From a virus (taxonomy: Duplodnaviria > Caudoviricetes), in IMG/VR virus record IMGVR_UViG_3300022680_000066, positions 1 to 63,322 of that record: a DNA stretch of 63,322 nucleotides; one strand, 5' to 3'. A model generated the notes under the pieces. It searched no databases. It was not told the DNA's origin and saw nothing but the letters and a program-made list of their open reading frames with translations. A program made the translations under genes and the position numbers. Position 1 is the stretch's first letter. Every line of letters begins with the position of its first letter. Positions 27,933-37,749 of this stretch are shown piece by piece.

Positions 27933-29752
27933 GCTGCACTCTCCGCAAGGCTAGCAATAGAACTCAAGGCTCCTTCTGCCCCGGCAATCTGAGTCTCATA
28001 CAGCCCAATTGCAGACTTAGCCGCGCCAGCCTTAAGCTCATCATAATCATTAATAACCCCCATAGAGGTGTTCAAATGGCTAGTGTTTTCCCTGGTTGCA
28101 GCTAAATACTTATTCGTCATCTCCACATTTCGTTCATAGGAAATACGAGAATTGAACTGCTGTACGTCGAGCCCAGTCTTCCAAAGCGAGATATCTTCAT
28201 TATTGGCCTTAGCAAAAGCATCCGTCTCTGCAACCTTAGTTCGTAGCTCAGTCTCGACCCTTTGGAGTTGCAAGTTTAAATTCTGCCGTTGCTCCGTCAA
28301 GTTCCTCAACTCCGCATCAAACTGGCTCTGTTTGAGTTGCGAAGTTTTCAACACAGTCCCGACCTGTTGATCATGAGCCGTAAGCTGACTGTTAAATACG
28401 TCCAGTTTCAGGCGCTCTCCCTGAATCTCAGTAGCAAACGCATCAAAAGCATCTCGTCGCCCACGGGTTTGAGCAATATAGACTTCTGTCTCAGATTTGG
28501 ACTGCTCCAGCTTCAGTGTCTCAATCTGGACTTCAACCTCCGTACGTCGGTCACGGGCAATCTGGGCATCGTAAAATAACTTCACAGCCCCAAGCAACTG
28601 CTGATACAGCTGAACACGGGTAGTATTCCGTTTGTCCTCGGCATCAATATGCTGAAGCTTCATTCGATATTCTTCGACCTTGGCCAGCACTGTCTGCAAA
28701 TGCTCAGCATGAAGATCTCGGTACAACTGACGCAAGGAAATATCCAGCTCAAACAACGACACAGCTGCGTTATGGAATCGAATAGCAAAATCAGCCGTGC
28801 TCTCAGCTGCCCGCAAAGCCCGATCCTCTTTGGAGGAGGTATACGATAGCAGGGCTTGTTCCAAACTCAAGCCTTGTTGCACAGCAAATTGCCTTGCCTG
28901 CACATATCGCTCACTGCGTTGGAGAAGAATTTCCTTATTCACGTCCGATAGTGCTGCCGCGCCCCTCTGAACTTCTTGTTGCTCAGCCTCATAAAGCATG
29001 CCGGGTGGAACAGGGAATTTACGAGCAGCCACCCTTTCCCGTACTTGTCTGACATTCACACTTGACTGCCGATTCTCTCGATCTCGTGCCCGATCAAAGA
29101 GTGCCTGCTCATCCGCCGAGTCAATCCCATAACCACCATTCGTGAGATCCTCAACCAACAGAGTATCTAGCGCCGTCAACAGCTCAGTCGAATATGCAGC
29201 CTCCTCAAACGAAAAGACATTCTCAGGAGCAACCAACGTGTTGACAGGCAAAGTCATATCTACAGCCAATACATTCAACTCATCTGGAGCAGGCAACGGA
29301 CTCTCATCCAACGACGGTTGGTCTGGAAAAGTTGTTTCTATCCAATCGTGCAGAGTCACATCCTGAACCACATGTGCGCTAGGTGCAGTCGGCAGTGGAA
29401 CATCTGGTTTTTCTGGAATAGTTATTTCCGGTGCAGTAGCTGTAAGCTCAGGAACAGTATCATCTGTCCACAAAGTCGGAAGCACCGAGTCAGCTACATC
29501 AGGAACCGTCGGCTTCTGAAAAGCTGCCAAATCCTCCAACCCGGAAGGCTCAGCATAACTGACCTGAGTCGGCTCCGTGATATTAATATTATCCCAGATT
29601 AAAGTAAGCCCAGGCTTAAGAATCCAACTTCCGCTTAAATTAAGCTTATCCTCAGTCGCAATCTCGCCCAACTCATTCAGATAATATTGAGCATCCGATA
29701 TAGCAGCGTCAGCTCGTGCATTTGAATCAGCAATAATCGTACTAACAGCCAT
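27929..29752 (-). CDS. Putative virion protein with long coiled coil
   Basis: Pro-rich N-terminal region then helical heptads; GYGI..DEQALFDRARDRE. Confidence 0.55.
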   Translation of the reverse strand: MAVSTIIADSNARADAAISDAQYYLNELGEIATEDKLNLSGSWILKPGLTLIWDNINITEPTQVSYAEPSGLEDLAAFQKPTVPDVADSVLPTLWTDDTVPELTATAPEITIPEKPDVPLPTAPSAHVVQDVTLHDWIETTFPDQPSLDESPLPAPDELNVLAVDMTLPVNTLVAPENVFSFEEAAYSTELLTALDTLLVEDLTNGGYGIDSADEQALFDRARDRENRQSSVNVRQVRERVAARKFPVPPGMLYEAEQQEVQRGAAALSDVNKEILLQRSERYVQARQFAVQQGLSLEQALLSYTSSKEDRALRAAESTADFAIRFHNAAVSLFELDISLRQLYRDLHAEHLQTVLAKVEEYRMKLQHIDAEDKRNTTRVQLYQQLLGAVKLFYDAQIARDRRTEVEVQIETLKLEQSKSETEVYIAQTRGRRDAFDAFATEIQGERLKLDVFNSQLTAHDQQVGTVLKTSQLKQSQFDAELRNLTEQRQNLNLQLQRVETELRTKVAETDAFAKANNEDISLWKTGLDVQQFNSRISYERNVEMTNKYLAATRENTSHLNTSMGVINDYDELKAGAAKSAIGLYETQIAGAEGALSSIASLAESAA

Positions 29753-30846
29753 TAGTTCACCCGCCCTTGCAGTACCTGCTCAATAAGACTCATCGAAGCG
29801 ATTTCAAAGTCAACCCCTTTCACATTCCTCAAGCCGGGTTGCCAATATCTGCCCTTGTGCCCACGGCCCGGCTTCACCCTCGTGTTGTGTATGCCTTCCT
29901 TTCGAGGAGAGAAAGCCAACGCATATTCCGGCTCATCATCCACACTCACAGAAAACATCAAATCCCCTTCCGCTTTGCAGCCCACATAAACAAACGGAAC
30001 TCGCTTGTTTTGATCAGAGCCAAAATCGTCAAAACCAAACTTAATCTCTGTGTTGATTTCCGCTCCGGCATCATCCGCACCCTCAAGCAAATATATTCCA
30101 TCTGAGGCCACACCAAAGTATTGGCCTCCATGACAAACAAGAGCCGTAAACGGGAACTCTGTATAATTCGCGACCTTTGCATTCTCCACATTCATACACC
30201 AAGCTTCAAAAACCTCAGCCAGCACAGCCTCGGCTTCGATCAGCAGTTCCGGCAAAGGAGCAATCAACGTGATCGTGCTGCTTGATCCAGCCAAAGCTGT
30301 TACATCCAGTTTTGGAAGCGGAGCCTCCAACGAAACAGAAGACTCGCCAAGCCCAAAAGCTTCAACCAACAGGGTAGGTAGAGCTGCCTCAAGCTCAACC
30401 GTTGCGACGCTGCCCGATACGGCAGTGACAGCCAACACAGGGAGACCGGGTTGTAAGGAAACAGAAGCAACCTGATCTCCAAAACCATCAATACCCAGCG
30501 TCGGCAACGGTGCTACAAGGCTAACAGAAGCAACCCCACCTGTTATTGCAGTAACTTCAAGTGACGACTCACCGACCAGCTCTACTGTTGCCCCAGTTTC
30601 AAGTAACAAATTGGGCAGAGGGGCCTCAAGATCAACTGTGGATACCCCTCCAACTACAGCAGTGACAACGCAGTCAGTTGGCTCAGGCTCGTTCTCAAGC
30701 GTAACACTTGCAACAGTGCCAGTTAAAGCAGTGACCTCCAGAGTCGGATCATCTGGGGTCAGCTCAACAACAACCTGATCCGATATAGAGGTTATCTCTA
30801 AAGTCGGATAGTCTGCAACAAGCGAGACTGTAGAGGTAGTCGACAT
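29752..30846 (-). CDS. Virion protein with about 22-aa repeats and a globular C-terminal domain
   Basis: Repeats of (S/T)V(S/T)LxAPLPxLxVxA; C-terminal RVKPGRGHKGRYW. Confidence 0.65.
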   Translation of the reverse strand: MSTTSTVSLVADYPTLEITSISDQVVVELTPDDPTLEVTALTGTVASVTLENEPEPTDCVVTAVVGGVSTVDLEAPLPNLLLETGATVELVGESSLEVTAITGGVASVSLVAPLPTLGIDGFGDQVASVSLQPGLPVLAVTAVSGSVATVELEAALPTLLVEAFGLGESSVSLEAPLPKLDVTALAGSSSTITLIAPLPELLIEAEAVLAEVFEAWCMNVENAKVANYTEFPFTALVCHGGQYFGVASDGIYLLEGADDAGAEINTEIKFGFDDFGSDQNKRVPFVYVGCKAEGDLMFSVSVDDEPEYALAFSPRKEGIHNTRVKPGRGHKGRYWQPGLRNVKGVDFEIASMSLIEQVLQGRVN

Positions 30847-30854
30847 GAATTACT

Positions 30855-31715
30855 TTAGCCAGCTTGTTCAGTGTACTCGAACTCAGTCACAGTCTGAGTC
30901 GCCCCATTAGCAATCGAGGTACTAGACATATTCATCTGAGCTCCAGAAGTCGCACATGCTCCATCAAGCCGAGCAAAAGTAGTCGAAGCCGATCCAGGAG
31001 TATCGCCATCTTCGTAAAAGCGAAACCAGCCCGCAGTCCCTGCGTTGCTGGCCACACCCTGCCAAGTCTCAGCATCAGCCTTAGTCACCACACCACCGAC
31101 CGATACATCAAAAGTCAAGCCTGTCGACCCATCACCACTCTCAGTCAGAGTATACAGCAGCGTACCGCTTGCTGCTGTGTCTGCATCAGTTGGTTGCGAA
31201 CCAGTATACACGTTGCACTTACAGTTCCGCATGATCCCACGGAATCCGTCTTCAGCTTCATGAAATACAAGTTCATCAAACAACGAAGTCTCTGTGGCGG
31301 TTGCATCATCAGACTGCAAGGTAATCCGTGTAGTCGTGGCTGTGGCCACAAATGGCACACTGTAGAGCGTCCAAGCTGCATCACTTAACGGAATACCCAC
31401 GTTGATCGAGTCAGCATCGCCAGTAGTTCCAATCAATAAACGACCTGAAGCAGCGGTGCCCTGTTTGAAATAAAAATCAACCATATAGGCTCGACCAACT
31501 ACAGTCGTAATATCCTGATAAGCTTGTCCAGGATTGACTCCGCCTGTCTCAGCAATCTGCAAACAATTTCCAGACTGTCCGCCAGCAACACTCGAAAGCG
31601 TTGCGCTGTCTGATGTCCACCCAGTCGTATCGGAATCAAAAGTCCCATTAGTCGCCATTTGTGCTTCAATGCCTAGCATCTTATTGCGTAGGCCAGTAGA
31701 ACGTCTGAAAGCCAT
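30855..31715 (-). CDS. Virion protein with inserted carbohydrate-binding-module-like domain
   Basis: NGTFDSDTTGW...SLFDE insert within STGLRNKML...YTGSQPTDAD...AGWFRF..RLDG scaffold. Confidence 0.6.
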   Translation of the reverse strand: MAFRRSTGLRNKMLGIEAQMATNGTFDSDTTGWTSDSATLSSVAGGQSGNCLQIAETGGVNPGQAYQDITTVVGRAYMVDFYFKQGTAASGRLLIGTTGDADSINVGIPLSDAAWTLYSVPFVATATTTRITLQSDDATATETSLFDELVFHEAEDGFRGIMRNCKCNVYTGSQPTDADTAASGTLLYTLTESGDGSTGLTFDVSVGGVVTKADAETWQGVASNAGTAGWFRFYEDGDTPGSASTTFARLDGACATSGAQMNMSSTSIANGATQTVTEFEYTEQAG

Positions 31716-31727
31716 GATTATCTCCTC

Positions 31728-32897
31728 TTAGCTTTGTAATACAGTAATAAAATGGTTTTGGCCGTCATACTGCCTAAACATTGACGTACCCTTCTCTCCA
31801 GCAAGAGAATCAATCTTGCGCTCAGTTAAATTGACCAGCCGTCCTCCCGGCAACCCGGCACAAATTCCACGAGGACTAGCCCACACAGGTATACGATCAT
31901 CAATACCCTCGCCCAACAGCCGACCATCCACCATCGTCAATGAGCCCGGAATCATCCCATAGTCTGCTTTTCCGTCAGCAACCAACTCTCTAGGATTCGT
32001 GCCGCCCAGGAAATAAACATGATCTGTAGTCCCTACAAACAGCCCATCAGACACAACTCCGAAATCCTCCACTCGCTCACCGAAGCCAATAAAGTTGGTC
32101 GGCCTAGGCATCGAATGGTATTCTTCAGAATACACAAGAGATGAATCAAGCTTGAGCCATAGCCGTCCAGCAAAGTACCGAATCGAGCCGCCAACTGGCA
32201 TAGGCAAAAACCCTTCCAGATCGGCAGGAACACCCAGTTCCGTACAGTCTCCCACATACGAAGGGGCTACAGCTATGTCGAAGTCTCCGGCCTGATACAG
32301 TTCCTTCCCGTTCGGAGTCGATAAATACAACCGGACTTGATCAACATCACTCAGTGTATCAGCACTATCAAGCAAAGTGAAATCAATTCCCGTATCGCCC
32401 TCATACACACCTGCATGAGACATCGGGCCTTCATTTCCATCTTTCAAAAAGGCCAGGGCAAAAAGGTAACGTGCATCATTCAATGTCCCGACAAGGGCCG
32501 AAGATGTACCTGGTATTTGCGGTCTGGGTATATTCCAACTCCGATTAACACCTTCAACCAACACACCACTGTCTTGTTGGGTGCTCCAATAAATCTTACC
32601 CTCAGGAGTTCGGCAGGCATACAACTCAGATGAGTCAAGCAACCCAGAGACAAGAGTTGTGGCTGTATAATCACTCTCCAGCCGCTTCAACGCATCACCT
32701 TCAGTAAACAAGAAGTATGACTGCCCACCTGCAGCTGCAACAGGAGTCCCACTATAAACTTGTGTCCGCCCTGGCCGACGTTTAGCTTTTCCGCCCCGCA
32801 AATGATCTATGTTATTGGCAACTGTCAGTCCAGCCAAGCCAATTTCATAATCCTCGTCTGCAGTATTCAAGCCAGGAATGCCATCAAGCTTAGGCAT
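31728..32897 (-). CDS. Putative tail nozzle/stabilisation protein
   Basis: GLN...ANNID...RRPG N-terminus and beta-propeller-like composition. Confidence 0.5.
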   Translation of the reverse strand: MPKLDGIPGLNTADEDYEIGLAGLTVANNIDHLRGGKAKRRPGRTQVYSGTPVAAAGGQSYFLFTEGDALKRLESDYTATTLVSGLLDSSELYACRTPEGKIYWSTQQDSGVLVEGVNRSWNIPRPQIPGTSSALVGTLNDARYLFALAFLKDGNEGPMSHAGVYEGDTGIDFTLLDSADTLSDVDQVRLYLSTPNGKELYQAGDFDIAVAPSYVGDCTELGVPADLEGFLPMPVGGSIRYFAGRLWLKLDSSLVYSEEYHSMPRPTNFIGFGERVEDFGVVSDGLFVGTTDHVYFLGGTNPRELVADGKADYGMIPGSLTMVDGRLLGEGIDDRIPVWASPRGICAGLPGGRLVNLTERKIDSLAGEKGTSMFRQYDGQNHFITVLQS

Positions 32898-33235
32898 CAG
32901 GGTTTTACCTCTAATACAAGATCACGCACCCATATTAACCCGTTAGTGTTTGTTGTGTCAAATGTAATAAGTTGGCAACCTCTGTAGATCCCTTCGGTCA
33001 GCAGACCTGATGTTCCAAGCTGAAATTTAATAACCGGCCTGCTCACCCCAGGTCGCCAATCCTCAGACTCACTCCAATCAATATGACCGCTTCCATTCCC
33101 AGACGAATCAATTGTCAGGTCATCCACTACCAAATAGACTTTCGTGATGTGAGTCAAGCTCGTTAAAGGAACACCCGCTTCGAGAAGGAAGAGCGCAAAT
33201 TTATTATCACGGCTTAAACTAAATGACTCTCGCAC
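32897..33235 (-). CDS. Hypothetical virion protein
   Basis: ORF coupled to both neighbours. Confidence 0.55.
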   Translation of the reverse strand: MRESFSLSRDNKFALFLLEAGVPLTSLTHITKVYLVVDDLTIDSSGNGSGHIDWSESEDWRPGVSRPVIKFQLGTSGLLTEGIYRGCQLITFDTTNTNGLIWVRDLVLEVKP

Positions 33236-34127
33236 TGGCTACTCCTCTGATAATAGTTGCGTCAGCTACACCTAGTACCTGTGTAGCGCTGCTAATGCCA
33301 GGATCTGTTATGATAGGAACAACAACAGATGCGTCAATAAGTTGCGCAGATTCACCAAATACAATAGTTGATGTGCCACTAAGAGCGCCCGAACCAACCA
33401 ACTGAACCGATTCACCAAAACTCAGTGTCGATGTTCCTGAGACTGCGCCAGACGAAATACCACTCAACTGAGCCGATTCGCCAAACAGCAAATCTGCCGA
33501 GCCACTCAACGTTCCATCAGCAACCAGCTGAGCCGACTCACCAAATGTCAAAGTCGACGTACCACTCAGTATCCCACCCGAAGACAACTGGGCAGACTCA
33601 CCGAATACAATCGTTGACGTACCGCTCAATTGCCCATCTGCAATTAACTGGGCAGATTCACCAAACAGCACTGCAGCAGTACCACTGATTGCGCCATCTG
33701 TCAGCCCTGATAACTGAGCCGATTCGCCAAACACAACCACAGAACTACCGGATAAGGCTCCGTCAGCCAAAAGCTGAGCAGACTTACCAAACAAGACTGG
33801 AGCTGTTCCGGCTAAAGCACCTGAAGCAATAAGCTGTGCTGACTCACCCACGATCAGGGAAGAAGTCCCTGCAACAGCTCCCGTGCCACTCAGCTGTGCT
33901 GATTCGCCAAACACTACAGCGGAACTACCACTCAGCTGTCCTGCTCCCTGCAGCTGAGCTGACTGGCCAACAGAAATAGCACACGTACCACTCAAGCTAC
34001 CTGTAGCAGTCAGCTGAGCAGACTCAGCAAAACTTACCGCTGCGGTTCCAGAGATGGCACCAGCAGCCGCAACGGCCGAAAGAACTATCGGCCGAATGCT
34101 GCGGTAATTAAAGCGACGACGAAACAC
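33219..34127 (-). CDS. Tandem-repeat fibre-like protein, 12 repeats of about 20 aa
   Basis: SGTSxxxFGESAQLxAxGxL-type unit repeated 12 times. Confidence 0.75.
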   Translation of the reverse strand: MFRRRFNYRSIRPIVLSAVAAAGAISGTAAVSFAESAQLTATGSLSGTCAISVGQSAQLQGAGQLSGSSAVVFGESAQLSGTGAVAGTSSLIVGESAQLIASGALAGTAPVLFGKSAQLLADGALSGSSVVVFGESAQLSGLTDGAISGTAAVLFGESAQLIADGQLSGTSTIVFGESAQLSSGGILSGTSTLTFGESAQLVADGTLSGSADLLFGESAQLSGISSGAVSGTSTLSFGESVQLVGSGALSGTSTIVFGESAQLIDASVVVPIITDPGISSATQVLGVADATIIRGVASARVI

Positions 34128-34138
34128 GAAAACGCTCT

Positions 34139-34588
34139 TTAGTCAAGGGTTACGTTGAGAGCATTTATCGCAAACTCAGGCGTAATGCCGCTGCTAATAG
34201 CCAAACCAGAATCAAGTGCGCCAGAGAAATTCAGAGTTCCTGCACCTGAAGAATTTGCTCCGATACCAAAGTGCGTAGCTGTCTCAGATCCACCTGTTGC
34301 TTGAGGGAAAGAAATAGCAGCATCGTTTGTAGCTACAGCTGGATCAGCCGTTGTAACTGTCCACCCAGCCGTCGATCTGGCTACCGCAACGCGAGCATAA
34401 CTGGTGTACGCACATTCGTTAGTAGTCTGACTCCCAGTCTCTCCTGGATCACCCGTATGCAAAGAAATATAAAACGAACCTGCTACAGTTGATCCCTGCA
34501 GCCCTGCAGCATCACCCACATTCGTATGATCTGCATTTTCAAAATAAAGCGACAATACCGCAGCCGCTGTTGCATTAGTTGCTGACAT
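34139..34588 (-). CDS. Putative tail-fibre-associated structural protein
   Basis: YISLHTGDPGE...YTSYARVAV...ISFPQATGG. Confidence 0.65.
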   Translation of the reverse strand: MSATNATAAAVLSLYFENADHTNVGDAAGLQGSTVAGSFYISLHTGDPGETGSQTTNECAYTSYARVAVARSTAGWTVTTADPAVATNDAAISFPQATGGSETATHFGIGANSSGAGTLNFSGALDSGLAISSGITPEFAINALNVTLD

Positions 34589-34592
34589 TCGT

Positions 34593-35075
34593 CTAGCCTC
34601 CTATTTCTTCAAAAGTAACATGACCGCTCATGGTGATTGAATCTGTAGGTGTATCATCCAGAGAGAGTGTCCATCTGTCAGATGGAGAAATTGTTGGATA
34701 TGTTTCAGGTGTGTAGATCTTTTCCATCCCAACTCTCACATTCCAGCCGTACTGTTCAAGAATATCCAGCACGCCTGTACCAACAGCCATTCGAGTGGTA
34801 TTGTTTGCCTCTACCGTTGACGACGCAGCCCCATCACCGTTGTCTATTGGTTGCGGTGTCAGAGTCGATCCGCCTGAGCCACTCGTGACAGTACCGTCAC
34901 CCCGTACAGTTTCAATCCGCAAAATCTCATCTTCAGCATCACCTGCGTCAGTGTTCTGTAGGATAGACCAGTTATGTATCCTTACAATACCTGTCGATGG
35001 AGCCACAATCTCAAACAAGTCCTGTGCAGCAGTAACCGCTACTTCGTTGAACTGAGCAATGTATATTCTGCCCAT
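34593..35075 (-). CDS. Hypothetical virion protein
   Basis: GAGGTG RBS; beta-rich 160-aa ORF. Confidence 0.6.
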   Translation of the reverse strand: MGRIYIAQFNEVAVTAAQDLFEIVAPSTGIVRIHNWSILQNTDAGDAEDEILRIETVRGDGTVTSGSGGSTLTPQPIDNGDGAASSTVEANNTTRMAVGTGVLDILEQYGWNVRVGMEKIYTPETYPTISPSDRWTLSLDDTPTDSITMSGHVTFEEIGG

Positions 35076-35078
35076 ATA

Positions 35079-35261
35079 TCACCTCGTTAATAGTGTGTTC
35101 ATGTTGCTGTATGTGTTTCTTTTCAGTGCGCTTGGCGGCAGTGATTTAGCCTGCACAGCTGCCTGCTGCTCATTGATAAAAGCGTTGAACAATGAGGGAT
35201 ACTGTCTAGAGCCCTGCTCATTGATAACACAGTTAAACGGAGTCTGATATTGCTTAGCCAT
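35079..35261 (-). CDS. Hypothetical protein
   Basis: 60-aa ORF filling the gap; internal INEQ repeat. Confidence 0.5.
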   Translation of the reverse strand: MAKQYQTPFNCVINEQGSRQYPSLFNAFINEQQAAVQAKSLPPSALKRNTYSNMNTLLTR

Positions 35262-36607
35262 TACGAGACAACCAACAAAGGATCAACATAAAGTGTCTCC
35301 GGACTAGCAGAGAAACGTTTCATAAAGTGTACACGCGCATAAGCCAACCCACTAAAGTCCGGTGTAAGTGTGGCAGAAAGCTTCTGTGCGTTACTTGCTC
35401 CAGTTCCCCAACTGCTTGTCGCATCATCAGTAATAGCTGTAGTGCTTCCATTCACAATATCCCCGTCAATAGTAAAGTCGTGTTTTGTTGTGCCACCGTC
35501 GTCTGGGGTCAAGATCTCCAAACGAACATCGTCTGTATTATAATCGCTAGCTCCGCTGTTCGCAATATGCACGGTAAACGTCTTCGATGTTGAACCGTCT
35601 CCGTCAACCCAAACAGGAAACCATTTAGTGGTTAGTCCTATTCCGCACTCATTCGTAGAATCAACATTCGGAGTTAGCGCCAAAGAGAAACCACCGTCTG
35701 CGCCATCATCAGCTCCGTCTGTGCGAACAGCTGTTATTTCATGAGCAACAGTACCAGCTAAAGAGTATTTTTCGTAGTCCCTAACACTTTCTCCAGTTCC
35801 CAACGCAGTCTCATTACTGCTGCCGACAGTTTCTATATAAACCAAGTTGCTGTTCGGCAACCCAGTTGCAATTGTCATGCTTGCAGGAAGCGAACAGTTC
35901 GCCACCTTAATAAATCCACCTTTCCATGAACCTGCGTTTACCAGTGTGCTTCCTGCGTTAGTAAGGTCGACACCAAACAACCTGGCTGTACCTATCCAAC
36001 CTGTATTAGTAAACAAGTAAGTAGGAGATGTTCCAGAAATTAAACCGCCATACAATTCTATTGCGTTTCCACTATTCATCAAGATATAGGAACTTGCTGA
36101 ACCAATCGCTAAATCACAATTCTTGCCAACAAAAATACTGCCACTAGTACTTAGAAAGAAGATACCGCCAAAACTTATCTCCGAATTAATTGCATATATT
36201 TGCGAATTACCAGACTGTGTGTAACGGTCAACAGATACTATACGTATGCCAGCCATGTGTAAAGTGCCAGCTAGGTTGATATCGTTACCTGATCCTGTAC
36301 ACTCAAAAATCGGAAGATTATCTGTCCCTCTTGTGCAGATGTCTGAATCAGTCGGTGGCTCAGCTGTCGTCGTACTTACCACACCGATAAGAAACGTAGT
36401 ATTTGATTTTGTACCAGGACTCGTAAGAGTACGAGTAGATGCTGCTGTATCCTTGTTAGTCGCTGAGGAATCTGTCTTTACAAAGCAACGACCACCGGCA
36501 CCAGCCTGAGTCAAGCCAGTTTGTATAGAGCTAGTAGCTTTAGCCCAAGTATCATAGGGGCTCGTAGCGGAGCCCCCACCAGTCAGGTCTACATAAGTAT
36601 CTGCCAT
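35261..36607 (-). CDS. Putative tail spike/receptor-binding protein (beta-helix-like)
   Basis: YVD...SPYDTWAKA N-terminus, Gly/Ser/Thr/Asn-rich, C-terminal LYVDP. Confidence 0.55.
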   Translation of the reverse strand: MADTYVDLTGGGSATSPYDTWAKATSSIQTGLTQAGAGGRCFVKTDSSATNKDTAASTRTLTSPGTKSNTTFLIGVVSTTTAEPPTDSDICTRGTDNLPIFECTGSGNDINLAGTLHMAGIRIVSVDRYTQSGNSQIYAINSEISFGGIFFLSTSGSIFVGKNCDLAIGSASSYILMNSGNAIELYGGLISGTSPTYLFTNTGWIGTARLFGVDLTNAGSTLVNAGSWKGGFIKVANCSLPASMTIATGLPNSNLVYIETVGSSNETALGTGESVRDYEKYSLAGTVAHEITAVRTDGADDGADGGFSLALTPNVDSTNECGIGLTTKWFPVWVDGDGSTSKTFTVHIANSGASDYNTDDVRLEILTPDDGGTTKHDFTIDGDIVNGSTTAITDDATSSWGTGASNAQKLSATLTPDFSGLAYARVHFMKRFSASPETLYVDPLLVVS

Positions 36608-36930
36608 TAGAAAGGCCCATCCTGTTTAGTTGCGCCTGTAATACGAGCGCGGATTGCACCAAATACTGCAGCAACCAAGTCAGTCGCACCTATTCCACCC
36701 AAGATGGAAATCGCAAAATGTTTAGTAGGGTCATCAGACATAGAAGTCCAAGTCCACAAATACACCACTACAGCAAAAATCGCAGAAAGCACAAAAAGAG
36801 CCACAACCCTTTTCATGCTGATTTTATCCCCAGACCAAATGTGCCAAGCAATAGCACCGGCCCCAGCGGTTGCACCAAGATATAGCATATCAAAAATCTC
36901 AATAAACTTATATGAACCCTCGAACTGCAT
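36607..36930 (-). CDS. Putative holin (three hydrophobic segments)
   Basis: 107 aa, three TM-like stretches, basic C-terminus. Confidence 0.55.
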   Translation of the reverse strand: MQFEGSYKFIEIFDMLYLGATAGAGAIAWHIWSGDKISMKRVVALFVLSAIFAVVVYLWTWTSMSDDPTKHFAISILGGIGATDLVAAVFGAIRARITGATKQDGPF

Positions 36931-37005
36931 AGCGCATCCTTTAGTAAATTAATGTTTTGTTAGTTGTTGATTAGTTATTAATTATGATAATACACAGTAA
37001 TGTAA

Positions 37006-37749
37006 TTAGCTGGCCTCCGTATTGCTGGTTGGAACCGTGCCAATTGTATTGCCACCTGGCTGAGCAAAGAACGAGCCAGTAGGCAAAGGCAACACTCGGT
37101 CCGTCCGGCGAGTAGCTGTCTGCAAAGCGGTCTGGGCAGACCCAATATATTTCGTCCACTTGGTTGCGTACAACACAGCCCGATTTATGTCATAAATCTC
37201 CAGATCCGGGATATCAAACAAATAAGCCAAGGCACCATAAACAAGTCCTGTATGATAAGCACTAGGTATTTCCGCCTCAACATCTGGAGCTGCTTCCAGA
37301 TCCATCTGTGTAGGCAGTGTGTACCGTTCGACAGTAATATTGCCGCTGCTATCTGGTTGAGGAACCAACCGAGCAGCCAACGGGCCATAGTCTGTTACGA
37401 TAAATTTTGGTGTACCTGTTGCCGTGCGCCAAGCAGAGAATCGCGCAGAATCTTCCGACCCATTCAGCTCAAAGTGACCATGATCCAACTCATGCTGCGT
37501 GACGCGACGAAGAGGTGTGCCACCCAATTCAGCACCGATTATCCAGACAGTCCCGGCCGCAGGAGTAACATATGAATCGCCACTAGTGTATGCCACAGGA
37601 CCAGAAGCAAATATGCACAAAGTCTCTGTAGCAAACTCATTCTGAGCTGCATTCAGAGCCTCAACAACAAGATCTTCGTCTAGAGAAGTCTTGCCAACAA
37701 GATCATCAAGCTTGCGCCGAACAGCCGTGATTAATTCTGCAAGTGTCAT
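37006..37749 (-). CDS. Head-tail adaptor-like protein
   Basis: MTLAELITAVR...LNAAQNEF...GTPK...EIPSAYHTGLVYGAL. Confidence 0.65.
   Translation of the reverse strand: MTLAELITAVRRKLDDLVGKTSLDEDLVVEALNAAQNEFATETLCIFASGPVAYTSGDSYVTPAAGTVWIIGAELGGTPLRRVTQHELDHGHFELNGSEDSARFSAWRTATGTPKFIVTDYGPLAARLVPQPDSSGNITVERYTLPTQMDLEAAPDVEAEIPSAYHTGLVYGALAYLFDIPDLEIYDINRAVLYATKWTKYIGSAQTALQTATRRTDRVLPLPTGSFFAQPGGNTIGTVPTSNTEAS
37019..37053. promoter_or_regulatory. 35-bp palindromic motif, copy D
   Basis: GTATTGCTGG-TTGGAACCGTGCCAA-TTGTATTGCC in the 3' tail of the adaptor gene, just upstream of an AT-rich intergenic region. Confidence 0.7.
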
